Source: Trypanosoma brucei
Lineage: Eukaryota
NCBI GenBank assembly: GCA_000002445.1
Contig: CP000068.1
Span: forward strand, 1,120,001-1,184,000
Length of the DNA stretch: 64,000 nt
Reading direction: 5' to 3'
How positions within the stretch are numbered: the stretch's first letter is position 1; each line of letters starts with the position of its first letter. Of the stretch, positions 61,782-64,000 are shown in pieces. The notes below the pieces were generated by a model. The model did not search any database, was not told the DNA's origin, and saw nothing but the letters and a program-made list of their open reading frames with translations. A program made the position numbers and the translations under genes.

Positions 61782-64000
61782 ATGAAAATAGGAACAAAAG
61801 CTGAGCTCATTTTGCACGGGGGCGAATGTTTTAGCGGAGTTTCATTTGGTTATGAAGAAAGCGTTGCGGGAGAGGTTGTTTTTACCACAGGAATGGTTGG
61901 TTATCCTGAAAGTCTTACGGACCCTTCGTATCACGGTCAGATATTAGTGCTTACCGCACCCATGGTCGGAAATTATGGAATCCCTCCACTGGAGACGGAT
62001 CCTTTTGGAGTAACAAAATACTTCGAGAGCATGAATGGGGAGATTCGTGTGAGTGCGCTCGTCGTTTGCGAATGTTGTGAAGAACCTTCGCATTGGCAGA
62101 TGTATGAGACACTTGGTGCATGGCTAAAGCGAAATAAGGTACCAGGAATCATGATGGTGGACACTCGCAGTGTTGTACTGAGACTTCGGGAAATGGGTAC
62201 AGCTCTGGGAAAGGTTGTTATCAACGGCGCTGATGTGCCTTTTGTGGATCCTAATACACGCAACTTGGTAGAAGAAGTGAGCACAATAGCCCCTCAGTCC
62301 TATGGGCATGGTACATTGAGGATCCTCGTTATTGATATGGGTGTAAAATTAAATTCGTTGAGGTGCTTACTGCGGTATGATGTCACACTTACTGTTGTGC
62401 CACATGATTGGGATATAACGAAGGAAACATATGATGGTTTATTCATTTCTAACGGGCCAGGTAATCCTCAACTGTGTACCAAAACGATTGAAAATGTGCG
62501 ATGGGCTCTCACTCAAGAAAAACCGATATTCGGTGTTTGCATGGGTAATCACATGTTGGCCCTCGCAGCAGGAGGAACGACGTACAAGATGAAGTTTGGT
62601 CACCGAGGTCAGAACCAGCCATCGACATCCAATCAAGATGGACGTGTAGTAATTACAACGCAAAATCACGGGTTTGCCGTAGATTTCAAATCGTTGCCGC
62701 AGGGTGATTGGGAAGAGTACTTCTTTAACCCCAATGATCAATGTAATGAAGGGTTACGGCACCGCACGAAGCCCTTTTCATCAGTTCAGTTTCACCCTGA
62801 GGGTTGCTGTGGTCCACAGGACACCGAGTACCTTTTCGGAGAGTTTATTGACCAGGTGAAGCGTTCAAAAACGAAGTTGGCAGCACAGTTTAAACCCCGC
62901 AAGGTTTTGGTATTGGGTGCTGGCGGCATTGTTATTGCCCAAGCTGGCGAATTCGACTACAGCGGCTCCCAGTGCTTAAAGGCTCTGAGAGAGGAAGGTG
63001 TGAAGTCTATATTGGTTAATCCCAACATTGCCACTGTGCAGACAGATGATGAAATGGCTGACCAAGTGTATTTTGTACCCGTCACTCCTGAAGCTGTGGA
63101 ACGAGTGATTGAGAAGGAGCGTCCAGATGGTATTATGCTCGGATGGGGCGGGCAAACAGCACTCAACTGTGGGTTGCAGTTGGACAAACTTGGTGTCCTC
63201 AAAAAGTACAATGTGCAGGTTCTTGGAACAGCTATATCTACAATCACTGTGACCGAGGATAGGGAGCTCTTCCGCAACGCGCTTTTGCAGATAAATGAGC
63301 CTGTGGCAAAGTCCGTAGCAGTGACCAGTGTGGCGGAGGCATTAAAAGCAGCGGCAGACATCGGATTTCCAATGATGGTGCGAGCGGCTTTTTGCCTCGG
63401 TGGTCAAGGTAGCGGCATTGTAAATAGTGAAGAGGAACTGAGTAATAAAGTTGAGGTTGCCCTTACTGTGGCACCTCAAGTCTTACTTGAGGAAAGCGTT
63501 GCTGGTTGGAAGGAGATCGAGTACGAAATTGTCCGTGATATCCATGATAATTGCATTACGGTGTGCAACATGGAGAATTTTGACCCCATGGGCGTCCACA
63601 CAGGGGAGTCCATTGTTGTGGCCCCGTCTCAAACTTTGACAAACGAGGAATATCACATGTTGCGTACCGCAGCGATCAAAATCATCCGTCACCTTGGCGT
63701 GGTGGGCGAGTGCAACATTCAATACGGTTTGGAACCCCACTCGCGTCGTTACGTTGTTATTGAGGTAAACGCCCGCCTCTCACGTTCCTCCGCACTTGCG
63801 TCTAAGGCCACGGGTTATCCACTCGCACACGTTGCAACCAAAATAGCCCTTGGTAAGGGTCTGTTTGAAATTAAGAATGGTGTTACAAAAACAACGATGG
63901 CTTGCTTTGAACCCAGTCTTGATTACGTCACCGTCAAGGCTCCCCGTTGGGATGTGGCAAAGTTCAATATGGTGAGTCAAGAGATCGGGTCCATGATGAA
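61782..64000 (+). CDS. pyr1: Glutamine-dependent carbamoyl-phosphate synthetase (CPSII), fused GATase small-subunit-like domain plus N-terminal part of the synthetase; 3' end beyond the window
   Basis: MKIGTKAELILHGGECFSGVSFGYEESVAGEVVFTTGMVGYPESLTDPSYHGQILVLT matches the CPSase small-chain N-domain. Glutaminase catalytic region PIFGVCMGNHMLALAAGG and FHPE are present. Then KVLVLGAGGIVIAQAGEFDYSGSQCLKALREEG matches the CPSase large-chain ATP-grasp start. The frame stays open to the window end. Confidence 0.9.
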   Translation, partial: MKIGTKAELILHGGECFSGVSFGYEESVAGEVVFTTGMVGYPESLTDPSYHGQILVLTAPMVGNYGIPPLETDPFGVTKYFESMNGEIRVSALVVCECCEEPSHWQMYETLGAWLKRNKVPGIMMVDTRSVVLRLREMGTALGKVVINGADVPFVDPNTRNLVEEVSTIAPQSYGHGTLRILVIDMGVKLNSLRCLLRYDVTLTVVPHDWDITKETYDGLFISNGPGNPQLCTKTIENVRWALTQEKPIFGVCMGNHMLALAAGGTTYKMKFGHRGQNQPSTSNQDGRVVITTQNHGFAVDFKSLPQGDWEEYFFNPNDQCNEGLRHRTKPFSSVQFHPEGCCGPQDTEYLFGEFIDQVKRSKTKLAAQFKPRKVLVLGAGGIVIAQAGEFDYSGSQCLKALREEGVKSILVNPNIATVQTDDEMADQVYFVPVTPEAVERVIEKERPDGIMLGWGGQTALNCGLQLDKLGVLKKYNVQVLGTAISTITVTEDRELFRNALLQINEPVAKSVAVTSVAEALKAAADIGFPMMVRAAFCLGGQGSGIVNSEEELSNKVEVALTVAPQVLLEESVAGWKEIEYEIVRDIHDNCITVCNMENFDPMGVHTGESIVVAPSQTLTNEEYHMLRTAAIKIIRHLGVVGECNIQYGLEPHSRRYVVIEVNARLSRSSALASKATGYPLAHVATKIALGKGLFEIKNGVTKTTMACFEPSLDYVTVKAPRWDVAKFNMVSQEIGSMM

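Noticed and set aside
1-64000. Prokaryotic-style features (CRISPR arrays, operon promoters, rho-independent terminators, IS elements)
   Set aside because: The sequence is eukaryotic (kinetoplastid-like). No direct-repeat/spacer arrays or IS-like inverted repeats are present.

Overview
The window reads as a kinetoplastid nuclear chromosome segment, most likely from an African trypanosome of the T. brucei group. The support is compositional: GC-rich ORFs sit between AT-rich intergenic regions full of polypyrimidine tracts, (TA)n and (TG)n microsatellites and homopolymer runs. Every convincing gene is on the + strand, consistent with one polycistronic transcription unit. I see no introns and no confidently identifiable rRNA, tRNA or snRNA genes. 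The window contains no prokaryotic features such as CRISPR arrays or operon signals. About 25 protein-coding genes are supported. Where the ORF track used GTG or TTG starts, I moved the start to the first in-frame ATG after the likely splice-acceptor signal. Recognisable products are: a histidine phosphatase; an ASC-1/TRIP4-like protein; a Prp5/DDX46-like DEAD-box helicase; AP-3 delta adaptin; a dual-specificity phosphatase with a C-terminal RRM-like module; XPF/ERCC4 endonuclease; a FAM210/DUF1279-like mitochondrial membrane protein; a gamma-carbonic-anhydrase-like protein; neutral sphingomyelinase; a long coiled-coil protein; two adjacent RING-H2 RING-box genes (RBX1-like and APC11-like); a PPIL4-like cyclophilin-RRM protein; SPO11; a nicotinamide-riboside/uridine-kinase-like P-loop kinase; a tetraspanin-like protein; and the 5' part of the fused glutamine amidotransferase/carbamoyl-phosphate synthetase (CPSII), truncated by the window end. 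The strongest structural anomaly is a 6.7-kb ORF-free, low-complexity, strand-compositionally patterned gap (14736-21450) inside the co-directional gene array. The longest ordinary gene-to-gene gap elsewhere in the window is about 1.7 kb, and the ~1.9 kb and ~2.3 kb gaps at 56746-58643 and 59436-61781 assume the uncertain minus-strand ORFs at 57106-57363 and 61071-61380 are not genes. All functional assignments come from motif-level recognition by eye, not from database searches.
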